The notes under the pieces: model-generated
The model's database searches: none
Told to the model about the DNA's origin: nothing
What the model saw: the letters and a program-made list of their open reading frames with translations, nothing else
Origin: Candidatus Latescibacterota bacterium
GTDB lineage: Bacteria > Latescibacterota > UBA2968 > UBA8231
Reading direction: 5' to 3'
Assembly: GCA_965217585.1 (NCBI GenBank)
Contig: OZ244561.1
Coordinates: forward strand, 352,001 to 416,000
Length of the DNA stretch: 64,000 nt
In this document: positions 7,438-16,782 of the stretch, piece after piece
How positions within the stretch are numbered: the first letter of the stretch is position 1
Layout of the letters: each line of letters begins with the position of its first letter
Translations under genes and position numbers: made by a program

Positions 7438-9591
7438 TTAGACGAGTTGCTCATGGGGCTGCGCCTCAGCCACATGACAATTGAACCAATCCAGAGCGCG
7501 CCGACACAGATCATCGAGCGCATCGCGGGACCAAGCACTTGTGCCGTGGTGCTCGTCCTTGTACAGCCGTAGCTCGACGCGCTTACCGAGTCGGCGCAGG
7601 GCGACGAACGTATCTTCGGCCTGATTGGAACCGGCCTGATCCCCTGTACCACACACAACCAATAGTGGAGTAGACACTCGGTCTAGGTAGAAGAAGGGCG
7701 AGTTCTCGATGTACGCGGCCCGGTTCTCCCACGGCGAGCCGCCGAGGCGGGCTTGGCCTGTTTCGCACCATCCTATATGGTGGATGTAGAAGCTCGTCAT
7801 ATTCACACCCCAAGGGGCAATAGCCAGTGCAGCTCGGAATCTGTCGGTCTGCGCGATCAGCGCCACAGTGCTATATCCGCCATAACTCGTACCCATTAGC
7901 CCCACGCGGTTGCCATCGGCCAGACCGAGTTCGACCGCTCGATCCACAGCGGCGAGTACCGGGTCCACAAGACCGATCATCGGGTCCTTTTCTCCCAACG
8001 GCACCTCCGGGAACAACACTGCGTAACCGGCGCTGCACAGGAGTTGTGGCTCGATAGCCTGCGGCCCTTGGAGACTAAAGCGATTGATCGTCCCCACACC
8101 TCGGTACCCCCCATACACACTGACGATCATCGGATACGGCGGCCGCGTCTCAGGAGGAAGCAACATCACTCCCCGGCACTGTATGCCGCCGGCTTCGAAG
8201 TCGATCAGTTTACTGCGACCGAGCTTGGATACCTGAACTTCAGGCGCTAGGCAAAATAGCCAGTCATGGCGTCCATCCTCTATGCACAACACAGAGGGTG
8301 GACGCTTTGCCTCCTCCGCCATCAGGTAGTAGCGCCCGGAGGAATCATCCACCTCCATGCACCAAATTTGACCCGTGCACGTGCCTGGGATATCTGCTAC
8401 GTGCTTCAGCCCTCCGTCCTGGCCCAGATGGGCGACCTGCTCACTCAGGCCGGACCGATTCTGCAGCACGACGGGCAGGTCCCCGGCCTGCGTCAATTGA
8501 ATGGTGGGTTCAGTCGGTCGTGCGATCCAATGGCGCATAGACCACTCTTCTGGAATCGCTGCGCGACGGTGATGACCGGATTCCAGATCGAATTGCCACC
8601 AGGCCTTCCTACCGAGTGAGTACAGCTTCGAACTATCCGGACTCCATCGCGGTGTGTCGTATTTCAGCAAGAGGTCGAACTCTGGCCCCGGAGTCAGATT
8701 TACAGGCTCTGCAGAACCATCGGCCGCGACGATGAACAGCTCGTCGGGCTGCCCTCTACCGAAGGAGGCGTACGCAATATTCGCCGAATCCGTGGACCAC
8801 GCGTAGTTGATGCCAAAGGCGTTGGCAATGTCCGAGGCGAGTACCCTTTCCTCTCCGGTCTCGATATCCACGGTGAAAAGCTCGAACAGGGAGTGCTGCA
8901 AGCGCGTTACACCTTCGACTTCGACGTAGCGCGTACAGGCCACATGCCGGCCATCGGGAGCGATGCGCCAGTGGCCGGAGGCCCATTGTTGCAGCAGTCT
9001 CTTGACGGATCCAGTTGAGAGGCTGACATGGCCTAGGTCGCGCTGCCACCAACTCGGTACAGTCGGCTCGACCTCCGTGGTTTCGTCAGGATCGTTGGAT
9101 CTGACGTCAATCTTTGGCACGGGGCCGTGCGCATCTTCCCGATAGTCGCGGTCGGCAGGCCAGAGGGGTACTACGATGCCCTTTCCATCGGGCGTCCACA
9201 CTGGCAACTTAAAACCAAAGCGGACTAGAACAGGCGCATTACGCAGCAACTCAACCTCCCCCGTGTCCACTTCCCACAGGCCCAGGCATGCCACTCCTTC
9301 GTGCCGCACGCAGGCCACCAGCCTGTCGCCCGCTGGCGACCACTGAGCACCCCAGCTTACGCTGCCTTCGGGAAAAGGCCGCATCGAATCCCCGGTGGCT
9401 GTATCCACGACGACCACGGAACTGCCGGCCATTTCCGTGGGAACACCCCACTCGTCAAATCTCGGTCCTCGTGCGCCTTCGGTGCGTCTTTGTACCCCAA
9501 GGGCGAGCCGCCGTCCATCCGGGGACAGGTGAAAGGGCATCCGCCCGGTGGGTTTGGGCAGATCGATGAGAGAGGCGATGGTATTCTCCAT
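7438..9591 (-). CDS. S9 prolyl oligopeptidase/acylaminoacyl peptidase
   Basis: Beta-propeller WSPxG repeats, nucleophile GTSYGG, GTGD, EHHG. GGAGG RBS before ATG 9591. Confidence 0.9.
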   Translation of the reverse strand: MENTIASLIDLPKPTGRMPFHLSPDGRRLALGVQRRTEGARGPRFDEWGVPTEMAGSSVVVVDTATGDSMRPFPEGSVSWGAQWSPAGDRLVACVRHEGVACLGLWEVDTGEVELLRNAPVLVRFGFKLPVWTPDGKGIVVPLWPADRDYREDAHGPVPKIDVRSNDPDETTEVEPTVPSWWQRDLGHVSLSTGSVKRLLQQWASGHWRIAPDGRHVACTRYVEVEGVTRLQHSLFELFTVDIETGEERVLASDIANAFGINYAWSTDSANIAYASFGRGQPDELFIVAADGSAEPVNLTPGPEFDLLLKYDTPRWSPDSSKLYSLGRKAWWQFDLESGHHRRAAIPEEWSMRHWIARPTEPTIQLTQAGDLPVVLQNRSGLSEQVAHLGQDGGLKHVADIPGTCTGQIWCMEVDDSSGRYYLMAEEAKRPPSVLCIEDGRHDWLFCLAPEVQVSKLGRSKLIDFEAGGIQCRGVMLLPPETRPPYPMIVSVYGGYRGVGTINRFSLQGPQAIEPQLLCSAGYAVLFPEVPLGEKDPMIGLVDPVLAAVDRAVELGLADGNRVGLMGTSYGGYSTVALIAQTDRFRAALAIAPWGVNMTSFYIHHIGWCETGQARLGGSPWENRAAYIENSPFFYLDRVSTPLLVVCGTGDQAGSNQAEDTFVALRRLGKRVELRLYKDEHHGTSAWSRDALDDLCRRALDWFNCHVAEAQPHEQLV

Positions 9592-9656
9592 GGATTCCCT
9601 CCATTGTGGGGAAAAATGGCTGCGATTCTGCGGTCTTTGGATGGTGGATTTTCGCG

Positions 9657-9692
9657 TTGACAAAGAGTACTGGAGGGTGTTACTTTTGTCAA
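9657..9692. promoter_or_regulatory. Overlapping divergent sigma70-like promoters in a quasi-palindrome
   Basis: TTGACAAAGAGTA...TACTTTTGTCAA. Minus strand reads TTGACA-17-TACTCT, facing the S9 gene. Plus strand reads TTGACA-18-TACTTT with an extended TG. Confidence 0.55.
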
Positions 9693-9743
9693 TATAAAAA
9701 TGACGTATCTATATATTTATATTGATGTTATAATCTATTATAC

Positions 9744-9772
9744 TTGACAACATTCAGCCGATTCTTTATATT
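9744..9772 (+). promoter_or_regulatory. Near-consensus sigma70 promoter with no downstream plus-strand CDS
   Basis: TTGACA (9744-9749), 17 nt, TATATT (9767-9772), in an AT-rich intergenic region. Confidence 0.55.
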
Positions 9773-9783
9773 TTATGTACAAG

Positions 9784-9834
9784 AAAAAGATGGGGGCCGC
9801 TTACGTGAGCAGCCCCCATCTTTTTGTTTTTTTT
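9784..9834. terminator. Bidirectional intrinsic terminator
   Basis: AAAAAGATGGGGGC...GCCCCCATCTTTTTGTTTTTTTT. Confidence 0.8.
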
Positions 9835-9954
9835 ACTCTTCCAGAATTGGGCGGATTATGGGCGCGTGGAACCTGCGATCAAATTTCCCTTAGGTAATCT
9901 CCATTTCCGGGGCTAGAAAGTTTTTTTGTTGCTTCCCTCGCAAAAAAGCATGAC

Positions 9955-10920
9955 TTACGTCTTCGCCGCCATAATCTCAGCCGCCTCAATCTGATCCACT
10001 AAAGCGATCGAGTGAATCACGTCGCGGATGTCGGTGATCGGCTGCCGGTTTTCAACCACGCAATCGACGAAGTGCTCGTGCATGGTCAGCAGCCCCTCGT
10101 AGCGAGGCACGTCGTCTTCGGGCACGCCGTCGATTTCCCAGCCGCCGAGGGTGCGGACTTGGTTGTCCTCGTGGATTTCGATTTCATTGGGAATTTTCAT
10201 GTAGCAGCCAATGCCCACGCCGTGTAGCTCCGAGCGCAGCACCCGCCCGCCAGAGGCGCGGTTGCCGAGCATCACGCCGGTCGCGCGGTTGTCGAAGCGC
10301 ACCAGCGCAGTGTAGTGGTTGAAGCCCTCGCCGCCGAATTTGTCCTGATAGGCGGTAACTTCCACCGGCTCGCCGCCGGCCATGTAGCGCAGCAGATCGA
10401 CGATGTGGACCAGGTCGTTCCACAAGGTGGTGGTGAATTCGTCGGCGCCCTGCGGAAGCTGTTTGTTGAAGGTCGTCGTCGCCAGCGACACCGGGCCTTT
10501 GGCCGCAACTATACGCATGGCCTCGCGGGTGACGGCGGTATAGCGGCGTTGGAGACCGACCATCACCCAGACACCGTGGCGCTCGGCAGCCTCTAAAATC
10601 GCCCGCGTCTCGTCGCTGTTGGCCCCAGGCGGCTTTTCGATAAACAGGTGCTTGCCCGCGGCGATGCAGTCGAGGGCCGGCTGCAGAAGCCACTTCTCGT
10701 TCATCACGCAATAGACAATGTCCGGGTCGATCTCGTCGAGCATGGCGCGGTGATCTTGGTACGTGCGCGTAAAGCCATACTTTGCGACCACTTGCTTGAG
10801 GCGTTCCTCGTCCAACTCGCAAACCGCGGCCATCTGCACTTGGTCGGCGAGGCGATGGACCGTTGGGTAGTGGGCGCTCTGGCCGCGCCCCCCCGCGCCG
10901 ATAAATCCTGCTTTAAGCAT
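9955..10920 (-). CDS. Gfo/Idh/MocA-family oxidoreductase
   Basis: GFIGAGGRG Rossmann motif, HLFIEKP, GLQRRY, DLVHIVDL. Confidence 0.92.
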   Translation of the reverse strand: MLKAGFIGAGGRGQSAHYPTVHRLADQVQMAAVCELDEERLKQVVAKYGFTRTYQDHRAMLDEIDPDIVYCVMNEKWLLQPALDCIAAGKHLFIEKPPGANSDETRAILEAAERHGVWVMVGLQRRYTAVTREAMRIVAAKGPVSLATTTFNKQLPQGADEFTTTLWNDLVHIVDLLRYMAGGEPVEVTAYQDKFGGEGFNHYTALVRFDNRATGVMLGNRASGGRVLRSELHGVGIGCYMKIPNEIEIHEDNQVRTLGGWEIDGVPEDDVPRYEGLLTMHEHFVDCVVENRQPITDIRDVIHSIALVDQIEAAEIMAAKT

Positions 10921-11752
10921 GATCTTCCCCTTTCTGGCACAAAGCCGTAAAAAAGCGCACATCAATGCGCGCCAAGTCGATGACGCTTTCCACCGGCTCG
11001 CCGCTGTACTCGCTGTGGAAGCTGACCGGGCCGGTAAAATCCAGCCGCTTCAAGGTCGCGATCACCGAAGGCCAATCGACAAAGCCCTGCCCCATCCGCA
11101 CGACGCCACTGCCGGGTGCACCCTGCTGGGTAATGCTCAAAGACCGCTGGCGGGCCAGATCCTTAAACGCGACCAGACACAAGTGCGAACGCACGATGTC
11201 GAGGGCCATAGCAATCGGCTCGCCGCATACTGACAAGTGCCCGGGATCGGCGAAAACGCCCACGTATTGCGGGTCGCAGTCCTTGACGATATTCATGGCG
11301 GCGCAGGCATTGAGGCCCATGGACGCGCCCGAATGATTGTGGATGGCGGTTTTGACGCCGTATTTTTCCGACAGCACTTGGAATCCCTGCATAAAGCCGC
11401 GCACCTCGTCTAATTGCGTCCAGTAGGACACATCCGGCTCCCAGTGCCAGTAGCCGAGCTTGACGTGGCCCACGCCGGCTGCACCCAAGGCCGCGTAATA
11501 CCTTTCCGCATAGTCGAGGTCCGGGCGGTTGAAGTCGCCCGGAGCCGTGACCAAGGGGATGCAAAGGCCAGCGTCGGCAAAGCGACGCGCAGCCTCCGGT
11601 AGGGCCGTGGCCACATTGTCGGGGTTGACCGGATAGCCGTCGCGCACACACAAGTCGGCTCCCTGCACGCCCATGGCCTGCAAGGCGTCGATGATTTGCG
11701 GGACATCGAGGCCCTCTAAGTGTTTAGTAAATGCGATATACGTCAGATCCAC
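10913..11752 (-). CDS. Sugar phosphate isomerase/epimerase (xylose isomerase-like TIM barrel)
   Basis: AIHNHSG, FADPGH, AFKD, GQGFVDW, SFHSEY. AAGGAG RBS before GTG 11752. Confidence 0.85.
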   Translation of the reverse strand: MDLTYIAFTKHLEGLDVPQIIDALQAMGVQGADLCVRDGYPVNPDNVATALPEAARRFADAGLCIPLVTAPGDFNRPDLDYAERYYAALGAAGVGHVKLGYWHWEPDVSYWTQLDEVRGFMQGFQVLSEKYGVKTAIHNHSGASMGLNACAAMNIVKDCDPQYVGVFADPGHLSVCGEPIAMALDIVRSHLCLVAFKDLARQRSLSITQQGAPGSGVVRMGQGFVDWPSVIATLKRLDFTGPVSFHSEYSGEPVESVIDLARIDVRFFTALCQKGEDHA

Positions 11753-11850
11753 GATGTGTGCTCCTTTCTCTATGATTTGTTTGACAAAGCTCGGTAAGGG
11801 TATCAAAATATCGGCTACATGCCAACGAACTAAATGGAGCAAGTCGAATT

Positions 11851-12783
11851 ATGGAAGCAATCAAGATGGAACCCAGCCCGGCAATTGAGGTCCCCAAGCC
11901 GCTCACCCCCGCCCAAGTGCAGTTCTTTATCGACAACGGCTATCTCGTCGTGCCGGACCTGATGGAAGCAGCCGAGCTCGCCGAACTCAAACGCGACCTC
12001 GTGGACGTGGCGCGCGGCCGCTACGAGTGCGACAACATCGAGCCGGTCGATCCCGCCCTCAGCGACCAAGCGGTGTTGGAAAGCATCCTCTGCATCCACC
12101 AGCCGCACTACGTCAGTCCAGTCATCGAAAGGTACGTCCGCCACCCCAAGATCTGTGGAGCCCTGAGCCAGATCACCGCCGCGCACCTGCCCTTTTGGGA
12201 CGGCAGCGTCAAGTGCATGCAGTCCATGTACTTCGTCAAGCCGCCCAATTTCCAGGGTCAGGCTTGGCACCAAGACGAGATCTACATCCCCACGCGGGAT
12301 CGCTCGCTGATCGGCGCGTGGATCGCCGTGGACGACGCCACCGTCGAAAACGGCTGCCTATACGTCATTCCGGGGTCGCACCGGCCCGGATACCTCTACC
12401 CGCAGCGGCCCCACGAAAACTCGGACGAGTTCGACTTCGCGCCCGAGAGCTACGGCTTTGACGAGAGCGTCGAGATCCCGGTTGAAGTGGAGGCCGGTGC
12501 CCTCGTGTTCTTCAACGGCTATCTCCTCCATCGCTCGTACAAAAACCGCGGCGACACCTATCGCCGCGTCTTGGTCAACCACTACTGCAACTCTTGGAGC
12601 CTGTTGCCCTGGAGCCTTGAAGAGGGCGAGTCACCGGCCAAGGCCGATCGGCGCAACATCGTGCCTGTGGCCGGCATCGACCCCTATGCCTGGAAGGGCT
12701 ATAAAACGCCAGCCAAGTCCGTGGGGCTGCGGCACTGCAAGGCCATCGACGAGGTCCACGCCGCCCGCGAGGAGCACGCATAA
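11851..12783 (+). CDS. Phytanoyl-CoA dioxygenase (PhyH) family Fe(II)/2OG enzyme
   Basis: F..NGYLV, WHQD, WIAVDDATVENGCLYVIPGSH, LHRS..N....RR. Confidence 0.93.
   Translation: MEAIKMEPSPAIEVPKPLTPAQVQFFIDNGYLVVPDLMEAAELAELKRDLVDVARGRYECDNIEPVDPALSDQAVLESILCIHQPHYVSPVIERYVRHPKICGALSQITAAHLPFWDGSVKCMQSMYFVKPPNFQGQAWHQDEIYIPTRDRSLIGAWIAVDDATVENGCLYVIPGSHRPGYLYPQRPHENSDEFDFAPESYGFDESVEIPVEVEAGALVFFNGYLLHRSYKNRGDTYRRVLVNHYCNSWSLLPWSLEEGESPAKADRRNIVPVAGIDPYAWKGYKTPAKSVGLRHCKAIDEVHAAREEHA
12749..12779 (+). repeat. 31-bp direct repeat, copy 1 (3' end of the PhyH gene)
   Basis: ACGAGGTCCACGCCGCCCGCGAGGAGCACGC, 30/31 identical to 13596-13626. Confidence 0.9.
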
Positions 12784-12786
12784 AAA

Positions 12787-13560
12787 ATGGTTAATCAATC
12801 AGCATTTTGCTGGCCGGAAGGCGTTCAGGGAGCAGTATCTGTCAGCTACGACGACGCGCTACCCTGTCACTACGAGGATGTCGCACCCGCCTGGGAAGCC
12901 CATGGATTGAGGGTGACGTTCTACACGAATATAATCAGCCTGATGAACAATCCCGATGCTTGGCGCGATGTCGGCGTGAAGGGCCACGAACTCGGCAATC
13001 ACAGCATCTTCCACCCGTGCCGCAAGCAACAGGGCAACGACTGGCTGGCCGACGAGTACGACCTGCGCAGGTACACGCCCCGCAGGTGGACAGATGAAAT
13101 GCGCACCGCGAACGCCATCCTGTCGTCGCTCGACGGCAAAAAGGAGCGTTCCTTCGGCAACACCTGCTGCAACACCGATCTCGGCGAGGGGGAGACCCTT
13201 CACAGCCTCGAACCGCTGATCGAGGAACTGTTCGTCGCCGGCCGCGGCCCCTTCAACAACCGGGTCGTCGATGCAGAGACGCTCAACTTCAACTCCCTCG
13301 GGCATTTCAGCGGCGACGGCCGCGATTTCGACCGCCTGCGGCTGGAAATCGACGACGCCGTAGCCGCAGGCGGCTGGATCATCTACATGATCCACGGAGT
13401 CGGCGAAGGCACGCACGGTTTGTACATCGATCCCGAGGTGCATCAGAGTCTGGTCGACTACCTCGGAGAGCGGCAGGATTCCATCTGGACGGCACCGGTG
13501 GGGACGGTGGCGCGGTACCTGCGCGACAGTACCGGAACAGGCCCGACCGGACCCCGGTGA
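12787..13560 (+). CDS. Polysaccharide deacetylase (NodB/CE4-like)
   Basis: SVSYDD, GHELGNHS, IYMIHGV, IWTAPV. Confidence 0.88.
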   Translation: MVNQSAFCWPEGVQGAVSVSYDDALPCHYEDVAPAWEAHGLRVTFYTNIISLMNNPDAWRDVGVKGHELGNHSIFHPCRKQQGNDWLADEYDLRRYTPRRWTDEMRTANAILSSLDGKKERSFGNTCCNTDLGEGETLHSLEPLIEELFVAGRGPFNNRVVDAETLNFNSLGHFSGDGRDFDRLRLEIDDAVAAGGWIIYMIHGVGEGTHGLYIDPEVHQSLVDYLGERQDSIWTAPVGTVARYLRDSTGTGPTGPR

Positions 13561-13564
13561 TCGC

Positions 13565-13701
13565 ATGAAAAAGATCAGATTGGCATTAGTAGGTAACGAG
13601 GTCCGCGCCGCCCGCGAGGAGCACGCGTGAAAATCGGCTGCTCTACTTGGGGGATGGCGAAGCTGTCCGGCATCCTGATCAGCATCCGACTAGGAGCGTA
13701 G
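13565..13701 (+). pseudogene. Mosaic of gene remnants: Gfo/Idh/MocA start, PhyH 3' copy, and sugar-isomerase-like start
   Basis: 13565-13630 reads MKKIRLALVG-NEVRAAREEHA*. 13627-13701 reads MKIGCSTWGMAKLSGILISIRLGA*. Contains repeat copy 2 (13596-13626). Confidence 0.65.
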
Positions 13702-13702
13702 G

Positions 13703-14893
13703 TTGATGTTCGATACTAGGGATCAAATTCTGAACCAACTCCGCGCCGGCGAAGACGGCCGCGCCGAGTTCAAAGAAGTGCGCTTCGGGGATCGAGGCGT
13801 GCTAGCCCCCAACACCCAAGAATTGGCCGGTGAACTCGTTGCGTTTGCGAACGCCGAGGGTGGCGTTGTGTTCCTTGGCGTTGACGATTCGGGTGCCGTG
13901 CGCGGGATCCCGCTGGGGCAAGTGGATATGGTCGAGCACTGGCTGCTCAACGTCGCGACCCACAACTGCGATCCACCGATCCGGCTCGTCATCCGCAAAG
14001 CACTGCTGCCGAGTACAGAAGGAGACGAGGAGCACGTTCTCCTGGCAGAGGTGCCGCGTGGACTGTATGTACATCGCACATCGAGCGGGCGTTACTACAC
14101 TCGGATCGGGTCCACCAAACAGGATCTCACGCTCCCGGAACTCGCCCGGCTTTTCCAACAGCGGGGCCGCGAGTACGTATTTGACGAGCAGCCCGTACTC
14201 GCAGCAACAGTAGAAGACCTCAATCGCAATCGACTTGAAGCATTTTTCGGACGCTCGCCGACCATCCCTTGGCTCGACTTACTGCGCAACACCCGAGTGA
14301 TATTCCAAGATGAGGAGGGGATGGACCGGCCGACCGTCGCCGGCTCGCTGGTCTTCGCAACCGAGCCGACCGAGTTCTTGGCGTCCGGGGCCATTGAAGC
14401 CGCGTGCTACCGTGGAACTCGTTTGTCCTCGGACGATCTGATCCACGCCGAGCGGCTCGCCGGCCCGGTGTCCGATCAGATCGACGCCGGAATTGCCTTC
14501 GTCGCCCGTTTCATGCAAACAGGAGACTCCCCCCAGTACGACATCGATGTCGTTGACGAGGCCATCGTCAACGCGGTTGCCCACCGCGACTACGCCATTG
14601 CCGGATCGAAAATCCGCCTGTTCCTGTTTGCCGACCGGCTGGAGTTGTACAGCCCCGGCAAGTTGCCCAACACCATCACGATCGACGATATGGCCTATCG
14701 CACGTTCACCCGCAATCAGCTCTTGGTCAGCTTCCTGTCGAGGATTCGCAGCAAGCGCACCGGTCAGGTATTCCTCGAATCGCGTGGCGAAGGTGTGCGG
14801 AAGATTCTGGAGGATGGCGAAGCGCACTCGGGTCGACGCCCAAAGTACGAGCTGTTCGGCGATGAGCTTCGATTGACGTTGTGGGCCAAGTGA
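13703..14893 (+). CDS. Schlafen/AlbA_2 domain plus HATPase_c_4 (RecG C-terminal-like) protein
   Basis: GEDGRAEFKE, VAFANAEGGVVFLGVDD, YYTRIGS, EAIVNAVAHRDY, LELYSPG, RNQLL, GEGV. Confidence 0.88.
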   Translation: MMFDTRDQILNQLRAGEDGRAEFKEVRFGDRGVLAPNTQELAGELVAFANAEGGVVFLGVDDSGAVRGIPLGQVDMVEHWLLNVATHNCDPPIRLVIRKALLPSTEGDEEHVLLAEVPRGLYVHRTSSGRYYTRIGSTKQDLTLPELARLFQQRGREYVFDEQPVLAATVEDLNRNRLEAFFGRSPTIPWLDLLRNTRVIFQDEEGMDRPTVAGSLVFATEPTEFLASGAIEAACYRGTRLSSDDLIHAERLAGPVSDQIDAGIAFVARFMQTGDSPQYDIDVVDEAIVNAVAHRDYAIAGSKIRLFLFADRLELYSPGKLPNTITIDDMAYRTFTRNQLLVSFLSRIRSKRTGQVFLESRGEGVRKILEDGEAHSGRRPKYELFGDELRLTLWAK

Positions 14894-16776
14894 CCCTCCG
14901 CTCCCTCGGCATCGGCTTGCTGCTGGCCTTTGGGGTCGGCGCGGTGGTTCCCTTCCTCGGCCTCTACGTGCAAGGCTCGAATTCCGGGTCGTACTTCACC
15001 AGTCAGATCGCCCACCTCCTCCTCTTCCTACTCATTTTGGTCGTCAACGCAAGCCTCGGCTCCATCCGCCGGTCTTGGGTCCTCCAGCGCGGCGAGTTGG
15101 TCGTCATTTTTATTATGACCAGCTTGGCCAACTCGGTCCCCGGGCTGCTCAGCTACTGGGTGCCGCTGGCGTCGAGTCCATTTTACTATGCCAGCCCCGA
15201 GAACAACTGGGGCGAACTGATCCTGCCCTATATCCCCTCCTGGCTGGTGCCCCACGACCTAGAGGCCATTCGCGCTTTCTTTGAGGGCAATGAAGGGCAG
15301 TCGAGCGCGATCCCCTGGCTGGTGTGGCTCACACCGCTGTTGAGCTGGTTGCCGCTGGTCGTCGCGCTGCACGTGGCCACCTTGTGCCTGATGGTCGTCG
15401 TGCGCCGGCACTGGGTCGAAAACGAGCGGCTCGTCTATCCGGTGATGCAGCTCCCCCTCGCCATGGTGCAGGACGACGAACACGGCTCGCTAATCAAGCC
15501 CTTCTTCCGCAACGGAGTCATGTGGATCGGCTTTGCCGTGCCCGTGATCACCGGGACGGTCATCGGCCTGCACGCCTATTTCCCGTTCCTGCCGACGATT
15601 GACCTGTTTGTCCCCTTTCCGCTCTTCAGCTCCCGCCTGAGCTTCGCCACCTTGGGCTTCTTCTTTTTGATCCAGCGCGAAGTGACCTTTGGCCTGTGGC
15701 TGTTCACCTTGCTCAACAACCTGCAAGAGACCATCTACCGCTCCATCGGCTGGGGCATCGAACAGGAGCCGGCCGTCAGCGTGTGGAGCTACGGCCTGCC
15801 CAGCTTGGTCCACCAAGGCATGGGCGCGATGGTCGTCCTCGTGTTGGGCGGGCTGTGGGTCGGGCGCGAACACATCGGCAACGTCTTCCGCAAGGCCCTG
15901 CGCGGCGCGCCGGACATCGACGACAGCGACGAGATCCTCTCGTATCGGAGCGCGGTCTTGGGCCTCACCGGCAGCGTGGGGGTCATGGCCGGCTGGCTAT
16001 GGCTCCTCGGCATCCCACTGCTGGGCATCGCAACCCTCTTGTTCTTCATGTTCATAGTGTACATGGCCCTCACGCGAGTGGTGGCCGAGGGCGGCGTGGC
16101 GGTCATCTACGCCCCGCTGGTGGCTCCGGACGCGGCCGTCTCGGCCATCGGTACCTCCTTCTTCGGGGTCGGCTTGGTCGGGCTAGCCTTCACGCGGGTC
16201 TTTGCCAACGATCTGCTCAATTTCGCCATGCCCCACGTGGCCAACAGCCTGAAGCTGAGCGGGCAAATCGAGGGGCGGCGGCGCTACCTGTTCTGGGGTA
16301 TGCTGCTGGCCCTGTTGGCGGGCCTTGGCGGCGCGCTGTGGATGCTGATGCACCTCGCCTACACGTACGGGGCGATCAACTTGCGGCCACCCAATTTTAT
16401 CTGGCTGCCCAACTACGTGTACGACTATACGGCCACACAGATGGGCAGTCCCTCGCCGCCCAACTGGCTGGGGTGGTTCCACACCGGCGTTGGCGGCGGG
16501 GTGATGGGGCTGTTGATGCTGGCGCGCCGCTACTGGATCTGGTGGCCCTTGCATCCGATTGGCTTCCCCATCAGCTCGACCTTTCACTGGATGGCCTTCA
16601 ACGCCTTTTTGGCCTGGCTCATCAAGGGGCCGATCCTGCACTACGGCGGCGTCCATCTCTACCGCCAAGTGCGGCCGTTCTTTTTGGGGATGATCCTCGG
16701 GCACTTTGCGATCTTCGGCATCTTCTGGATCATCGACACCCTCACGGGCATGGTCGGCAACGGTCTATTCGTCTGA
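14890..16776 (+). CDS. DUF6785/DUF6784-like polytopic inner-membrane protein (putative transporter)
   Basis: Many hydrophobic helices; YYASPENNW, RRHWVENERLVYP, LTRVVAEGG, WWPLHPIG, AWLIK..IL.YGG..LY. Paralog of 60129-62180. Its GTG overlaps the upstream stop. Confidence 0.8.
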   Translation: MTLRSLGIGLLLAFGVGAVVPFLGLYVQGSNSGSYFTSQIAHLLLFLLILVVNASLGSIRRSWVLQRGELVVIFIMTSLANSVPGLLSYWVPLASSPFYYASPENNWGELILPYIPSWLVPHDLEAIRAFFEGNEGQSSAIPWLVWLTPLLSWLPLVVALHVATLCLMVVVRRHWVENERLVYPVMQLPLAMVQDDEHGSLIKPFFRNGVMWIGFAVPVITGTVIGLHAYFPFLPTIDLFVPFPLFSSRLSFATLGFFFLIQREVTFGLWLFTLLNNLQETIYRSIGWGIEQEPAVSVWSYGLPSLVHQGMGAMVVLVLGGLWVGREHIGNVFRKALRGAPDIDDSDEILSYRSAVLGLTGSVGVMAGWLWLLGIPLLGIATLLFFMFIVYMALTRVVAEGGVAVIYAPLVAPDAAVSAIGTSFFGVGLVGLAFTRVFANDLLNFAMPHVANSLKLSGQIEGRRRYLFWGMLLALLAGLGGALWMLMHLAYTYGAINLRPPNFIWLPNYVYDYTATQMGSPSPPNWLGWFHTGVGGGVMGLLMLARRYWIWWPLHPIGFPISSTFHWMAFNAFLAWLIKGPILHYGGVHLYRQVRPFFLGMILGHFAIFGIFWIIDTLTGMVGNGLFV

Positions 16777-16782
16777 GGAGCG

